Assembly: GCA_963826115.1 (NCBI GenBank)
Contig: CAWGVS010000010.1
Span: forward strand, 512,001 to 576,000
Direction: 5' to 3'
From: an uncultured Candidatus Rokubacteria bacterium
GTDB lineage: Bacteria > Methylomirabilota > Methylomirabilia > Rokubacteriales > DASRDR01
DNA length: 64,000 bases
Within the stretch, counting starts at the first letter, position 1, and each line of letters begins with the position of its first letter. A program made the position numbers and the translations under genes. This document shows positions 1-10,300 of the stretch, piece by piece. The notes under the pieces are model-generated. The model had not been told where the DNA came from. It saw only the letters and a list, made by a program, of their open reading frames with translations, and ran no database searches.

Positions 1-447
1 GCCGACGTGTTCATCGGGCTCTCCGGGCCGGGCGTCGCCATTCGGCGCGACATCCGCCGGATGGCCCGGAGTCCCATCGTGTTCGCGATGGCGAATCCCA
101 CCCCGGAGGTCATGCCGGAAGAGGTTCGCGGCATCGTCAAGGTCATGGCGACCGGACGGTCCGACTATCCGAACCAGATCAACAACGTGCTCTGCTTCCC
201 GGGATTCTTCCGGGGGCTCCTGGACGTGCGCGCCCGCGGGGTCAACGAGGAGATGAAGATCGCGGCCGCCCGGGCGATCGCATCGATCATCCAGCCGAGC
301 GAGATCGCGGAGGACTACGTCATCCCGTCCGTGTTCGATCGGCGCGTCGTGGAAGCGGTCGCTGACGGCGTGGCCGAGGCGGCGGCACGAACCGGCATCG
401 CGCGCCGCCGTCGCCGGCCGGCTCCGGCGGTCGCGGCGGAGGCGTGA
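1..447 (+). CDS. NAD(P)-dependent malic enzyme, C-terminal part (5' end outside window)
   Basis: DVFIGLSGPG, FAMANPTPE, ATGRSDYPNQINNVLCFPG motifs of the malic enzyme NAD-binding domain. Confidence 0.93.
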   Translation, partial: ADVFIGLSGPGVAIRRDIRRMARSPIVFAMANPTPEVMPEEVRGIVKVMATGRSDYPNQINNVLCFPGFFRGLLDVRARGVNEEMKIAAARAIASIIQPSEIAEDYVIPSVFDRRVVEAVADGVAEAAARTGIARRRRRPAPAVAAEA

Positions 448-584
448 GGGCCGGCGCGGCGACCTCGCCGGCCGGGCGTGTGCGCGTCAGACGAGCCCGC
501 GCCGGGTCGCGCCCCGGTGACCGTTGGAGAGTCCGGCGAGGTGACTGTCACGATCACGATGGCAGGTGCAGGAGGATCGGTGAG

Positions 585-1520
585 GTGAACATAGCAAACG
601 TCCTGGCCAGCAAGGGCGGGGCGGTGGCCACCATCGGGCCCGACCAGACGGTGAGGGAAGCCCTGGAGCTCTTCGCCAAGCGAAACATCGGCGCGCTCGT
701 CGTGGTGGACGACGCCCACCGGCCGGTGGGGATGATCACGGAGCGAGGCATCCTTCGCTCAGCGCTGACGAACGACCACGTGCTCGTCGTGACCGTCGGG
801 GTGGTGATGACGAGAGATGTTGTCCTGGGACACCCCAGCGACGATCTCATGTCTGTTGCGCACACCATGATCGAGAAGCGAATCCGCCATCTACCCGTGA
901 TGGAGCATGGGAAGCTGGTCGGGATCGTGTCGCTCGGTGATCTCGTCAAGGCGCAGCGGGACCACTACGAGGGGCAGGTCGTGACCCTGGAGACCGCCTC
1001 TCGGATTGACAAGTCCTCGAACCGGAGATCCCTTCCATTTCCAGGGGCCAGGACGCTGGCGCGCGTCGCCAACCCGGCGGCCCGGATCCGCGGGACGGCC
1101 GGCCTCGCCGAGAGGAGCACGGCGCGCCCCACACGGGACGGGCGGCTTGCCAGGCCGCACCTTCCAGGTGGGACGGTGCCGGGCGGTCGTCAGGCCATGC
1201 CGACGCGCTTGGCGCCTCGGCGGAACAGCGCCGCGCCGTTCGGATCGAACCGGAAGGCTGCCAGGAAGTCCTTGATGCCGTACCCGGGATGCGCGCGCCG
1301 CAGCGTGGCGGCCCATGCGCGCGCCTGGTCGAGCGAGCCCGCGAGCGCCAGGCTGAAGGCGGCGATCGCGAGGATGTGCGGGTGCGCGTTGGGGCGGGAG
1401 GCGGCTTTGACCGCCCAGCCGGCGGCCTCCTCGAACCGGCCGAGGCGGACGAGCGCCATGGCCCGCGCGCCGAGCATGCCGAACAGGAGAGGGTCGAACG
1501 GGCTCAGCCGGCGCGAGTGA
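585..1520 (+). CDS. CBS-pair domain protein; the frame runs on without a stop into the opposite-strand gene
   Basis: GTG at 585 after GGAGG/GAGG; NIGALVVVD, GMITERGI, RIRHLPV, GIVSLGDLVK; similarity seems to end near 1000. Confidence 0.75.
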   Translation: MNIANVLASKGGAVATIGPDQTVREALELFAKRNIGALVVVDDAHRPVGMITERGILRSALTNDHVLVVTVGVVMTRDVVLGHPSDDLMSVAHTMIEKRIRHLPVMEHGKLVGIVSLGDLVKAQRDHYEGQVVTLETASRIDKSSNRRSLPFPGARTLARVANPAARIRGTAGLAERSTARPTRDGRLARPHLPGGTVPGGRQAMPTRLAPRRNSAAPFGSNRKAARKSLMPYPGCARRSVAAHARAWSSEPASARLKAAIARMCGCALGREAALTAQPAASSNRPRRTSAMARAPSMPNRRGSNGLSRRE

Positions 1521-3238
1521 TCGGAGGCCGCGATCGCGGCGTTCGCGTCGCCGGTCTGCGAGTTGACGAAGGCGAGCGTGTAGTGACCCAGCGCGAAGTT
1601 GGGGCTCAGGTCGATGGCTTGTTCGAGCTCGCCGACGGACTGGTCGTCCTGGCCGCGCAGCCAGAGCGCGCGGCCCATGGCCCAGTGGGCGGCCGGGTCG
1701 CGATCGTCGGCCATCAGGCTCTGCGTGGCGGCGTCGAAGGCCCGGTCGATCGCCGGCTCGCGCTTCGCCCAGCCCTGGAAGGCGCTCTGGAAGTGGGTGA
1801 AGGACAGGCCGGCGTAGGCGCGCGCGAAGGTCGGGTCGAGGCGCACCGCGGTCTCGAAGAATCGGCGGGCGCGGTCGTTGTCGGCCTTGCTGAACCGGTA
1901 CATGTGCCAGAGACCCCGGTGGTGCGCCCCCCACGCGTCCAGCGAGCTCGGCGGGCGCAGGATCGCGCGATTGCGCTCGATCGTCTCGATCTCGCTCGCG
2001 ACCGAGGCGACGATCCGGTTGCCGATCTCCTCGATGACGACGAACGCGTCGTCCAGCTTGTGCTTCAAGACCTCCGCCCAGACGATCCGGGCGGTCCGTG
2101 TCTCGGTCAGCTCGACCGTCACCGTGAGGCGCTTCCCGTCGCGCTGGATGGCGCCGCTCACGATGTAGTCCACGTTCAGCATCCGGCCGGCTTCCTCGGG
2201 GCCGACGTGTCGGGCGTGCAAGGCGAACACGGTCCCCTCGGCGATGACGAAGAGGATGCGCAGCTTGGCGAGCCGGGTGATGACGTCGTGCGCCAGCGCG
2301 TCGGCGACCCCACCGCGCGGGTCGGCCATGGCGGACCGGTCGACGAACGGCATCACCGCGACGGACGCGCGACGAGACGCCGGGATGACGACGGTGTCGT
2401 TGCCGGCGGGGGACGCCGAGGGCGCGGAGACCTGGACGCCCGGCGCGGCGGCCGCCCGCGCCCGCGCCGCCCGCCAGGCGTCGCGAATCGGCGCGACGTC
2501 GAGGCCCTCGCCCTCGAACAGCCGGGCGGCCGCGGCCAGGTGCTCCTCGCCTTCCCGGATCTGGCCCCGCCGGGCGAGCGCGCCCAGCAGGAGCTCGTGG
2601 ACGCGGGGGTCGAAGGGCGCGAGCTGGAGCCACTGCTCGAGGTGCGGCACCGCCTCGGCGTCCGGCACGCGCTTGACGAGCTGCTCCAGCAGGGTGACGT
2701 GCCAGCCGCGGAATCGCCGACGCTGGGCGGTCAGCCACCCCTCGAAGACCGGGCTGCGGCCAATCTCGAGGCCCTCCAGGAGCTCGCCGCCGTACAGCGC
2801 GGCCAGCGCGCGCTGCCGGTCCGGCGGGAGCTTCTCGATGCCGTCGCCAGCCGCGCGGGTGATCTCCACCGCGTCGACGAGGCAGTCCGATAGGTCGAGC
2901 CAGACGGTGTCGCCGCGGGTCTGGACCCGGCGGCGCCCGCGCTGATCGACGAGGTTCCGGACCTTGCTGAGGCACCACCGGAGCTCGCCGCGCGGATCGT
3001 TCGGGACGTCCCAGAGGAGCTCGCACAGCTGGCTCCGCGTCGCCGGCCGCGGCGCCAGGGCCAGGTAGGCGAGGAGCGCCCGCACCTTGCGGGACGCCGG
3101 CAGCGTGACGAGCGCGCTCCCGCGCCAGATCGTCAGGCGCCCGAGCATCCGGACGTGGATGGCGGCCGTCTGACCCGGCCGGCCGAGCCCGACGAATTCC
3201 TCGGGAATTCCCACGGCGGCTACCACGGTGGCTCCCAC
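1190..3238 (-). CDS. SARP/BTAD-type transcriptional regulator with TolB-N-like domain and TPRs
   Basis: RKVRALLAYLAL...RSQLCELLW...LRWCLSK winged HTH; FEGWLTAQRRR BTAD; SVAVMPF...DVITRLAKLR TolB-N-like; C-terminal TPRs; start uncertain. Confidence 0.85.
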   Translation of the reverse strand: MGATVVAAVGIPEEFVGLGRPGQTAAIHVRMLGRLTIWRGSALVTLPASRKVRALLAYLALAPRPATRSQLCELLWDVPNDPRGELRWCLSKVRNLVDQRGRRRVQTRGDTVWLDLSDCLVDAVEITRAAGDGIEKLPPDRQRALAALYGGELLEGLEIGRSPVFEGWLTAQRRRFRGWHVTLLEQLVKRVPDAEAVPHLEQWLQLAPFDPRVHELLLGALARRGQIREGEEHLAAAARLFEGEGLDVAPIRDAWRAARARAAAAPGVQVSAPSASPAGNDTVVIPASRRASVAVMPFVDRSAMADPRGGVADALAHDVITRLAKLRILFVIAEGTVFALHARHVGPEEAGRMLNVDYIVSGAIQRDGKRLTVTVELTETRTARIVWAEVLKHKLDDAFVVIEEIGNRIVASVASEIETIERNRAILRPPSSLDAWGAHHRGLWHMYRFSKADNDRARRFFETAVRLDPTFARAYAGLSFTHFQSAFQGWAKREPAIDRAFDAATQSLMADDRDPAAHWAMGRALWLRGQDDQSVGELEQAIDLSPNFALGHYTLAFVNSQTGDANAAIAASDHSRRLSPFDPLLFGMLGARAMALVRLGRFEEAAGWAVKAASRPNAHPHILAIAAFSLALAGSLDQARAWAATLRRAHPGYGIKDFLAAFRFDPNGAALFRRGAKRVGMA

Positions 3239-3252
3239 GCCCGGGCACTACG
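3194..3252. promoter_or_regulatory. Candidate operator: GAATTCC-N3-GGAATTC inverted repeat plus CCACG direct repeats at 12-bp period
   Basis: IR 3194-3210; CCACG at 3211, 3223, 3235; located between the divergent regulator and methyltransferase. Confidence 0.5.
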
Positions 3253-3349
3253 CTCGCGATCGACGGTCACGGTCCGCAGACGCGCGGGCTCGGACGACCG
3301 CCGTGGCCGATGCGAGACGAGACAGCGAAGGACGACGAGGAGAGCTGAC

Positions 3350-4189
3350 ATGGACGCAAGCACCGTAGCCATGACCCGGACCGTGGAGCCCGCGCTCGAG
3401 GCGCTCAAGGCGCGCCAGCGGGCCGCCTGGTCCTCGGGCGATTATGCCATCGTCGGGACGACCCTGCAGATCGTCGGCGAGGAGCTGTGCGAGGCCGTCG
3501 ACGTCCGCGCGGGGCAGAAGGTGCTGGACGTCGCCGCGGGCAACGGCAACGCCTCGCTCGCGGCCGCGCGCCGATGGTGCCACGTGGTCGCCTCCGACTA
3601 CGTGCCCGCGCTGCTCGAGCGCGCCCGGGAGCGCGCCGCCGCCGAGCGGCTCGACATCGAGTTCCGCGAGGCCGACGCCGAGGCGCTTCCGTTTCCGAGC
3701 GAGAGCTTCGACGTCGTCGTGTCGACGTTCGGGGTGATGTTCACCCCCGACCAGGAAATGGCGGCGAGCGAGATGCTCCGCGTCGTGAAGTCCGGCGGCA
3801 AGATCGGGCTCGCCAACTGGACGCCCGAGGGCTTCATCGGCCAGGTCTTCAAGACGATCGGCCGCCACCTCCCGCCGCCTCCGGGCGCCAGGTCGCCGGC
3901 GCTCTGGGGCACCCGGGCGCGGATCGCCGAGCTGTTCGGGCTCCACGCCGCCGCGATCTCGACGGCGCAGCGGACCTTCGCGTTCCGCTACCGCTCGCCG
4001 GCGCACTGGCTCGAGGTCTTCGGGAGCTACTACGGCCCGCTCCTCAAGGCCTTCGCCGCACTCGAGCCGGCGTCGCGCGCGGCGCTCGAGCGCGATCTCG
4101 CGGGGCTGATCGACCAGTTCAACCGCGCGCGGGACGGCTCCGTGGTCGTGCCCGGCGAGTACCTCGAGATCGTCGTCACCAGAGACTGA
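3350..4189 (+). CDS. Class I SAM-dependent methyltransferase (UbiE/Methyltransf_11-like)
   Basis: VLDVAAGNGN motif I, ADAEALPF, FDVVVSTFGVMF; GAGGAG RBS upstream. Confidence 0.92.
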   Translation: MDASTVAMTRTVEPALEALKARQRAAWSSGDYAIVGTTLQIVGEELCEAVDVRAGQKVLDVAAGNGNASLAAARRWCHVVASDYVPALLERARERAAAERLDIEFREADAEALPFPSESFDVVVSTFGVMFTPDQEMAASEMLRVVKSGGKIGLANWTPEGFIGQVFKTIGRHLPPPPGARSPALWGTRARIAELFGLHAAAISTAQRTFAFRYRSPAHWLEVFGSYYGPLLKAFAALEPASRAALERDLAGLIDQFNRARDGSVVVPGEYLEIVVTRD

Positions 4190-4226
4190 CGAGCGTGGGC
4201 CTGAGCCCACAGGAAAGGAAGAAGCC

Positions 4227-4724
4227 ATGAACCATGCTGGACGTTCCCTGGGAGTCATCCGCATCACCGCCGTGGCGCTGGGCCTCGGCGCCACCCTCGC
4301 CTTCGCGCCGTCGCCGGACGCCGGTGAGATGCACCACACGGTCGTGCCCGCCGACGCGGTCAAGTGGGGCCCGGCCCCGCCGTCCCTGCCGACGGGCGCG
4401 CAGGCCGCTGTCCTTCTGGGCAGCCCGGCGAAGGAGGGGCCCTTCGTGCTCCGGCTGAAGTTCCCGGCCGGCTACGCCGTGCCGCCGCACCGCCACTCGA
4501 AGGACGAGATCCTCACCGTGATCGCGGGAGGCTTCGCGGTCGCGTCCGGGGAGAAGCTGGACCGCACGGCGAGCCCGTTCCTGGCGCCGGCGAGCTTCGT
4601 CCGCCTCCCGGCCGGGATGCCGCACTACGCCTGGGTCGAGACGGAGACGGTCGTCCAGATCAACGGCGTCGGTCCGTTCGACGTGACGTACGTCGATCCC
4701 AAGGACGACCCGCGCAACAAGTAG
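4227..4724 (+). CDS. Secreted cupin-domain protein (DUF4437-like)
   Basis: Signal peptide; PPHRHSKDE and PAGMPHYA cupin motifs; AGGAAAGGA RBS. Confidence 0.85.
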   Translation: MNHAGRSLGVIRITAVALGLGATLAFAPSPDAGEMHHTVVPADAVKWGPAPPSLPTGAQAAVLLGSPAKEGPFVLRLKFPAGYAVPPHRHSKDEILTVIAGGFAVASGEKLDRTASPFLAPASFVRLPAGMPHYAWVETETVVQINGVGPFDVTYVDPKDDPRNK

Positions 4725-4875
4725 GAGACCGGCGAGACCCGGGGACCGTCACCGTCGACGCGTGCGGCGGAGCGGTGATCGGTCCCCGGGTACCTCGGGA
4801 AGGCACCGCCGTTCCGATCGACACGCACGAGGCGTCAGCCGGGGTCCCCGGCCGATGAGGCATAATGGCCAGCGG

Positions 4876-5937
4876 ATGACGCTCGCGACGCGGCCGAAGC
4901 GCCTGGGGTTCTTCACGCGCCTCCTCGACGAGGCGGACCCCGCCGAGCGATACCGGCTGGCGACCGCGCAGATCGTCCACGCCGAACGGGTCGGCTTCGA
5001 CTCGGCCTGGATCGCCCAGCATCACTTCCACGAGGACGAGGGCGGTCTTCCCGCGCCGCTCGTCTTCCTGGCCCAGGTCGCCGCCCGGACCTCCCGGATC
5101 CGCCTCGGGACGGGGATCGTGACGCTGCCGCTGGAGCTGCCGGTCCGGGTGGCCGAGGACGCCGCCGTGCTCGACCTCATGTGCGGTGGCCGCCTGGAAG
5201 TCGGCGTCGGCAGCGGAGGCAACCTGTCCGCGTACGCGGCATTCGGCCAGGACGGCGCGGAGCGCGGGAAGGTGCTGGCCGCGCACCTCCAGGTGCTGCG
5301 CGACGCCTGGGCGGGGCGGCCGCTGCCCGGCGGCGGGGACCGGCTGTATCCGCCGAACCCGAGCCTGCTCGAGCGCGTCTGGCAGGCGACGTTCTCGGTG
5401 GACGGCGCCCGGCGAGCCGGCGCCGCGGGGGACGGCCTCATGCTGTCGCGCACGCAGCCCCGGCCGGCCGACGCGCCCGACCTGTCGCTGGCCGAGATCC
5501 AGAACCCGATGATCGACGCCTACCTGGCGGCCCTGCCCGCTGGCCGGGCGCCTCGCATCCTCGCCTCGCGCACGGTGTTCGTGGCCGACGACGGTGGGGA
5601 GGCCCGGCGCCTCGCCGCGATTGGGCTCAGGCGGCATCAGGCGTACCTGGCCGGGATCGGCCGCGGTCTCGGCGTCGACTCGCTGGACGCGATGATCGCC
5701 GCCATGGACGCGCATCTCGGCACGGCGGACGACGTGATCGACTCACTGCAGGCGGACAGCGCGCTTGCGCGGGCGACGGACGTGGCGGTCCAGGTGCACT
5801 CGATCGATCCGCCCCATCCCTTCATCCTGAGATCGATCGAGCTGATCGCCGCGTCGGTGGCGCCGATGCTCGGCTGGGGGCGCGAGACGGAGCGCCTCCG
5901 GCCGTATGGCGTGACCACCGAGCCGACGGGACGCTGA
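4876..5937 (+). CDS. FMN-dependent luciferase-like monooxygenase (KPN_01858-like family)
   Basis: GFDSAWIAQHHF, RIRLGTGIVTLP, VAEDAAVLD, GRLEVGVGSG; adjacent CMD/AhpD genes. Confidence 0.88.
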   Translation: MTLATRPKRLGFFTRLLDEADPAERYRLATAQIVHAERVGFDSAWIAQHHFHEDEGGLPAPLVFLAQVAARTSRIRLGTGIVTLPLELPVRVAEDAAVLDLMCGGRLEVGVGSGGNLSAYAAFGQDGAERGKVLAAHLQVLRDAWAGRPLPGGGDRLYPPNPSLLERVWQATFSVDGARRAGAAGDGLMLSRTQPRPADAPDLSLAEIQNPMIDAYLAALPAGRAPRILASRTVFVADDGGEARRLAAIGLRRHQAYLAGIGRGLGVDSLDAMIAAMDAHLGTADDVIDSLQADSALARATDVAVQVHSIDPPHPFILRSIELIAASVAPMLGWGRETERLRPYGVTTEPTGR

Positions 5938-5939
5938 GG

Positions 5940-6542
5940 ATGGCCGGGACGGACGCCGACGTCATCGACGAGCTGGTCGGGATCACGCCGGGATCCCCGC
6001 TGGCCGCCATCCGCGCCCGGAGACCCGATGCGCGACTCCACGCGCAGGCGACGTACCGCGCGCTGTTCGAGCCGGCGTCGCCGGGCAGCTTCGCCGTCGA
6101 GGAGCGGTTTGCGGTGGGCATGTTCGTCGCCGGGCTCCACCGCGCCGCGGCGGTCTCGGATCACCTCGCCGCGCGGCTCGTCCGGAGCGGTGCTCCCGCG
6201 GCGAGCCGAGCGGCCGTCGACGCCGCCGTCGCGGTGGCCGCGGCCGCCGGGCCCTACGGGCGCTACCCGACCGGGCCGCTGAGCCGCGAGGACGCCGCCG
6301 GTCCTCGCTATCGCGCGGGGGCTGACGTCCGTCGAGTGCTCGGTCCGCGCCTGGCCGCGGCGTTCGAGCACGCGCACCTGCTCGTGTTCCACCCGCGCGA
6401 CGCCGCGCCGGCGGATCTCCAGGCGCTGCTGGACGCCGGCTGGTCCACGACCGACGTCGTGACCCTCTCCCAGCTCGTCGCCTTTCTGTCCTTCCAGATC
6501 CGGGTCGTCGCCGGACTGCGTACCCTCGACGGCCGTCCGTGA
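5940..6542 (+). CDS. CMD-domain protein (Avi_7170-like)
   Basis: DVIDELVG, GPYGRYP, HAHLLVFHP, VTLSQLVAFLSFQIRVVAGL; ATG 2 nt after the LLM stop. Confidence 0.82.
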   Translation: MAGTDADVIDELVGITPGSPLAAIRARRPDARLHAQATYRALFEPASPGSFAVEERFAVGMFVAGLHRAAAVSDHLAARLVRSGAPAASRAAVDAAVAVAAAAGPYGRYPTGPLSREDAAGPRYRAGADVRRVLGPRLAAAFEHAHLLVFHPRDAAPADLQALLDAGWSTTDVVTLSQLVAFLSFQIRVVAGLRTLDGRP

Positions 6543-6558
6543 CGCGGGAGGCCCCGGC

Positions 6559-7167
6559 ATGAGCGACAAGGTCCTGGCGCCCCGGCCCCACGCGGCCCCG
6601 ACCGCGTTCACGCAGGCCCAGCTCGACTGGATTCCGTGGCTCGAGCCGCTGGCGGTCGAGGCATTGACCCCGCGCCACCTCGCCAGCCTGGTGGACGCCG
6701 CGCGCGTGAAGTCGCCGTACTTCCGGCTCCTGGCCCGCGACCCCGACGCGCTGGAGGCCCGGACGCGGACCGACAAGGACATCTTCCACAATCCCGACGC
6801 CGGTCTGCCGCGAGCCGAGCGCGAGCTGGCCGCCACCGCGGCGTCCCGCCTCAACGGCTGCCTCTACTGCGCCTCCGTGCACGCGCGCCACGCCGCGACC
6901 TACTCGAAGCGCGAGGCCGACGTCGAGCGCCTGCTCGACGACGGTGTCGCCGCCGACCTCGGCGAGCGCTGGAACGCCATCGTCGCGGCATCGGTGGCCC
7001 TGACCGCGACGCCGAGCGCATTCGGGCCGGAGCACGTCGATCGCCTGCGCCGCGCGGGTCTCGACGACCTGGCGATCGCCGACGTCGTCCACGCCGCGGC
7101 CTTCTTCGGCTGGGCGAACCGCCTGATGCTCTCGCTCGGCGAGCCGGCGGTCCCGACCGGGACCTAG
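6559..7167 (+). CDS. Alkylhydroperoxidase (AhpD-like) domain protein (Avi_7169-like)
   Basis: ERELAATAASRLNGCLYCASVH AhpD core motif; WANRLMLSLG. Confidence 0.88.
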   Translation: MSDKVLAPRPHAAPTAFTQAQLDWIPWLEPLAVEALTPRHLASLVDAARVKSPYFRLLARDPDALEARTRTDKDIFHNPDAGLPRAERELAATAASRLNGCLYCASVHARHAATYSKREADVERLLDDGVAADLGERWNAIVAASVALTATPSAFGPEHVDRLRRAGLDDLAIADVVHAAAFFGWANRLMLSLGEPAVPTGT

Positions 7168-7353
7168 GCGCGGCCCGCCGCCGCGCGGGCGTCCGCGGCG
7201 TGGCCCCGCTCAGGCTCCGAGCTCACGACGCCATTGGCACCCGACCCGGAAGCGGCTGCGTTGGAAAGTGAGGACCATGGCCTCGCAGTAGCGCCTTACC
7301 CCGAAGTCGCCTGAGCGGCCTGCCCGGGTCCGTGAGCACGGCGGGGCTTCGAG

Positions 7354-10300
7354 CTACGCGCCTCGGACCGTGCCCTCGCCTTGGGAGTCCGGCCGGTACG
7401 CCTCCAGCTCCTCGGCGACCACCGCGCTCACCGTTGCCTCTCCGGTGTCCCGGTCCTGGTGGGTCGCGACGGCCGCCATGATCCGCTCGACAGGCTCGCG
7501 CTGGAGCGGCGGCAGAGGCGCGCCGATCGCCGCCCGCTCGACGGCGGCAGCTCCGAGCAGCCGGGCGGCTCGCGCGTGCTGCGCGCGGGCGAATGCGGCC
7601 TCGCCGAGCACCTCCAGGCAGCACGCGATCCCGAGGCGATCGGCGAGATCCGACCGGATGCCGAGGCTTTCGCGGCCGAGGTGCTCCGCCCGGTCGAGAT
7701 CGCCTCCCCAGAGGGCCACCGAGGCCAGCGCGAAGAGCGAGGCGCCGATGCCGCGCCGGTCTCCCAGATCCCGGCGGAGCGCCAGGGCTTCCTCCGCCAG
7801 CTGGCGGGCGTCGTCGAGCGCGCCGGTCACGCCGAGCAGCAGCGCGAGACCGTTGAGCGCCACGCCCATCCCCCGACGGTCACCGACCAGCCGGCGGAGG
7901 CGGAGGCTCTCCTCGTACATGGGCCGCGCCCCCGCCACGTCGCCCTGGTAGTGAGCGGCATTGGCCAGGTTGTTGAGCTCCTGGGCCGTGCCCCAGGCGT
8001 GATCGTTGGCCCGGAACAGCGCCAGCGCCTCCTGACCCAGGACCACGGCCCGCTCGAAGTCGCCCTGGAACCGCCGGGTGCGCCCGAGGTTGTTGAGGGT
8101 CAGGGCGAGTCCCTCGTCGTCACCGGCCGCGCGCCAGGAGGGGATGGCCTCCGAGAAGAACGCTTCGGCATCCGCGTAGCGCGCCTGATCGTGGGCGATG
8201 ACGCCGAGATTGTTCAGGCTGCGGGCGATATCCCGGGGATCGCCGATCTGCCGCCGGAGCCCGAGCGCCTCGGTGTGATGCGCCGCCGCGCTCCGGTAGT
8301 CCCCCACGTCGCGCGCGAGGTTGCCGGCGCCATTCAGCGCACGTGCGCGCTCCGCCGGCGCCTCGTGACCCGCGTCGGCCAGGATCGCCCCGAGCCACTT
8401 GAGTCCCTCGCGGAGCCCGCCGCGCACTTCCCAGAAGCGCCAGAGCGCCGCGCCGAGCCGGAGACGGAGCACGTCACTCGCCCGGTCCTGGTCGCGCCAG
8501 CTCAGCGCGGCCTGAAGGTTGTCGTACTCGGTCTCGAGGCGATCGAGCCACGCGATCTGCTCGGGTCCGCGGCTCCGGCGCTCGGCTTCCTCGGCCAGCG
8601 CCAGGAACCACTGCTGGTGCCGGCCGCGGAGCCATGCGACCTCGCCGGCCGCCTGCGCCCGCTCCTGGCAGTACTCCCGGATCGACTCGAGCAGCCGATA
8701 CCGGGCGACCGCGGCCCCGGAGTCGCCGGTCTCGACGAGGACCATGGACTTGTCCACGAGCTGGGCCAGGAGGTCGAGCGCCTGGGAGGCGTCGAGCTCG
8801 GGTCCGGCAGAGATGCCCTCGACCGCCTCGAGGGTGAACCCACCCGCGAACACCGACAGGCGCCGGAGCAGCGTCTGCTCCGGCTTGGAGAGGAGGTCGT
8901 GGCTCCAGTCCAGCGCGGCGCGCAGCGTCTGCTGGCGCGGCTCGACTGTCCGGCTGCCTCCCGTGAGGAGCCGGAACCGGTCGTTCAGCCGCGCCACGAT
9001 CTGCTCGACGCGGAGGACGCGCACGCGGGCCGCCGCCAGCTCGATGGCGAGCGGGAGGCCGTCGAGCCGCCGGCAGAGCTCGGCGACCGAGGCGGCATTC
9101 GCGGCCGTGATGGCGAAGGTCGGCGCCACCAGCCGGGCGCGCTCGACGAAAAGCCGGACGGCCTCGGACCTCGCCAGGCGATCGGGCGCCACCTCGCGCT
9201 CGTCGGGCACGGCGAGCGACGGCACCTGGAACGTGCTCTCGCCCGGGATGTTGAGGCGCTCGCGGCTGGTCGCCAGCACCGCGAGCCGGGGACACGCGCG
9301 GAGCAGCGCCTCGACGAGCGCAGCGCACGTCTCCACGACGTGCTCGCAGTTGTCGAGGATCAGGAGCGCCTGGCGGCGGGCGAGCGCGGTGGCCAGGAGC
9401 TCGCGGGGCGGCCGGGCGGCGTCCTCGTGGAGACCCAGGGCGGCCGCGACGGCCTGCGCCACCAGGGCCGCGTCCGGCACGGTGCCGAGCTCGACGAACC
9501 AGACGCCGTCCGGGTAGCGCTCCCGGAGCTGCGGGCCCGCCGTGAGGGCGAGCCGGGTCTTGCCGACGCCGCCGGTGCCGAGGAGCGTCACCACCCGGTG
9601 GGCGCCGAGGAGGCGGTCGACGTTGCGCAGCTCCTGCTCCCGGCCGATCAGGCTCGTCACGGGAAGGGGCAGCGTGACCGGCGCGCGCTCCGCCGACGCA
9701 TCGGTCGGGCCCACGGGCTCCGTCGCGCCGGGCGCCCGCTCCGGGGCCAGGCCGTGCTTGTCGATGCGATACCGGAGCTGGCTGCGACTCAGACCCAGAC
9801 GGGCCGCGGCGCGCGAGACGTTCCACCCCGTGTCACGCAGGACCTGTTCGACCCGTTCCGGTCCGATCTCGCCCGCGGCATCCGGCTCCGCCTCTGCCGC
9901 GTCTGCGGCGCGCCCCTTCGAGCGGGCGGGGGACGGGGAGAGCTCCAGGGCCGCCGCCGGCAGCTCGGACGCCTCGGTGAGGAGCACGGCGCGGGTGATG
10001 ACGTTCTTCAGCTCGCGGATGTTGCCGGGCCACTCGTGACCGCGGAGCGCGGCGCGCGCGTCCGCCGTCAGCGTCTTCGGCGGCCGCGCGGTCCCGGCGG
10101 ACGCCTCGCGCAGAAAGCGCTCGGCGAGGGGCAGGATGTCGTCCGGCCGATCGCGGAGGGCCGGCAGCCGCACCGTGATCACCGCCAGGCGGTGGTAGAG
10201 GTCCGAGCGGAACCGGCGCTCGCGGGCGGCGACCTCCAGGTCCTCGCTGGTCGCCGCGATGATCCACACGTCGACCGGCTCACCGCGCGTCGCCCCCAGG

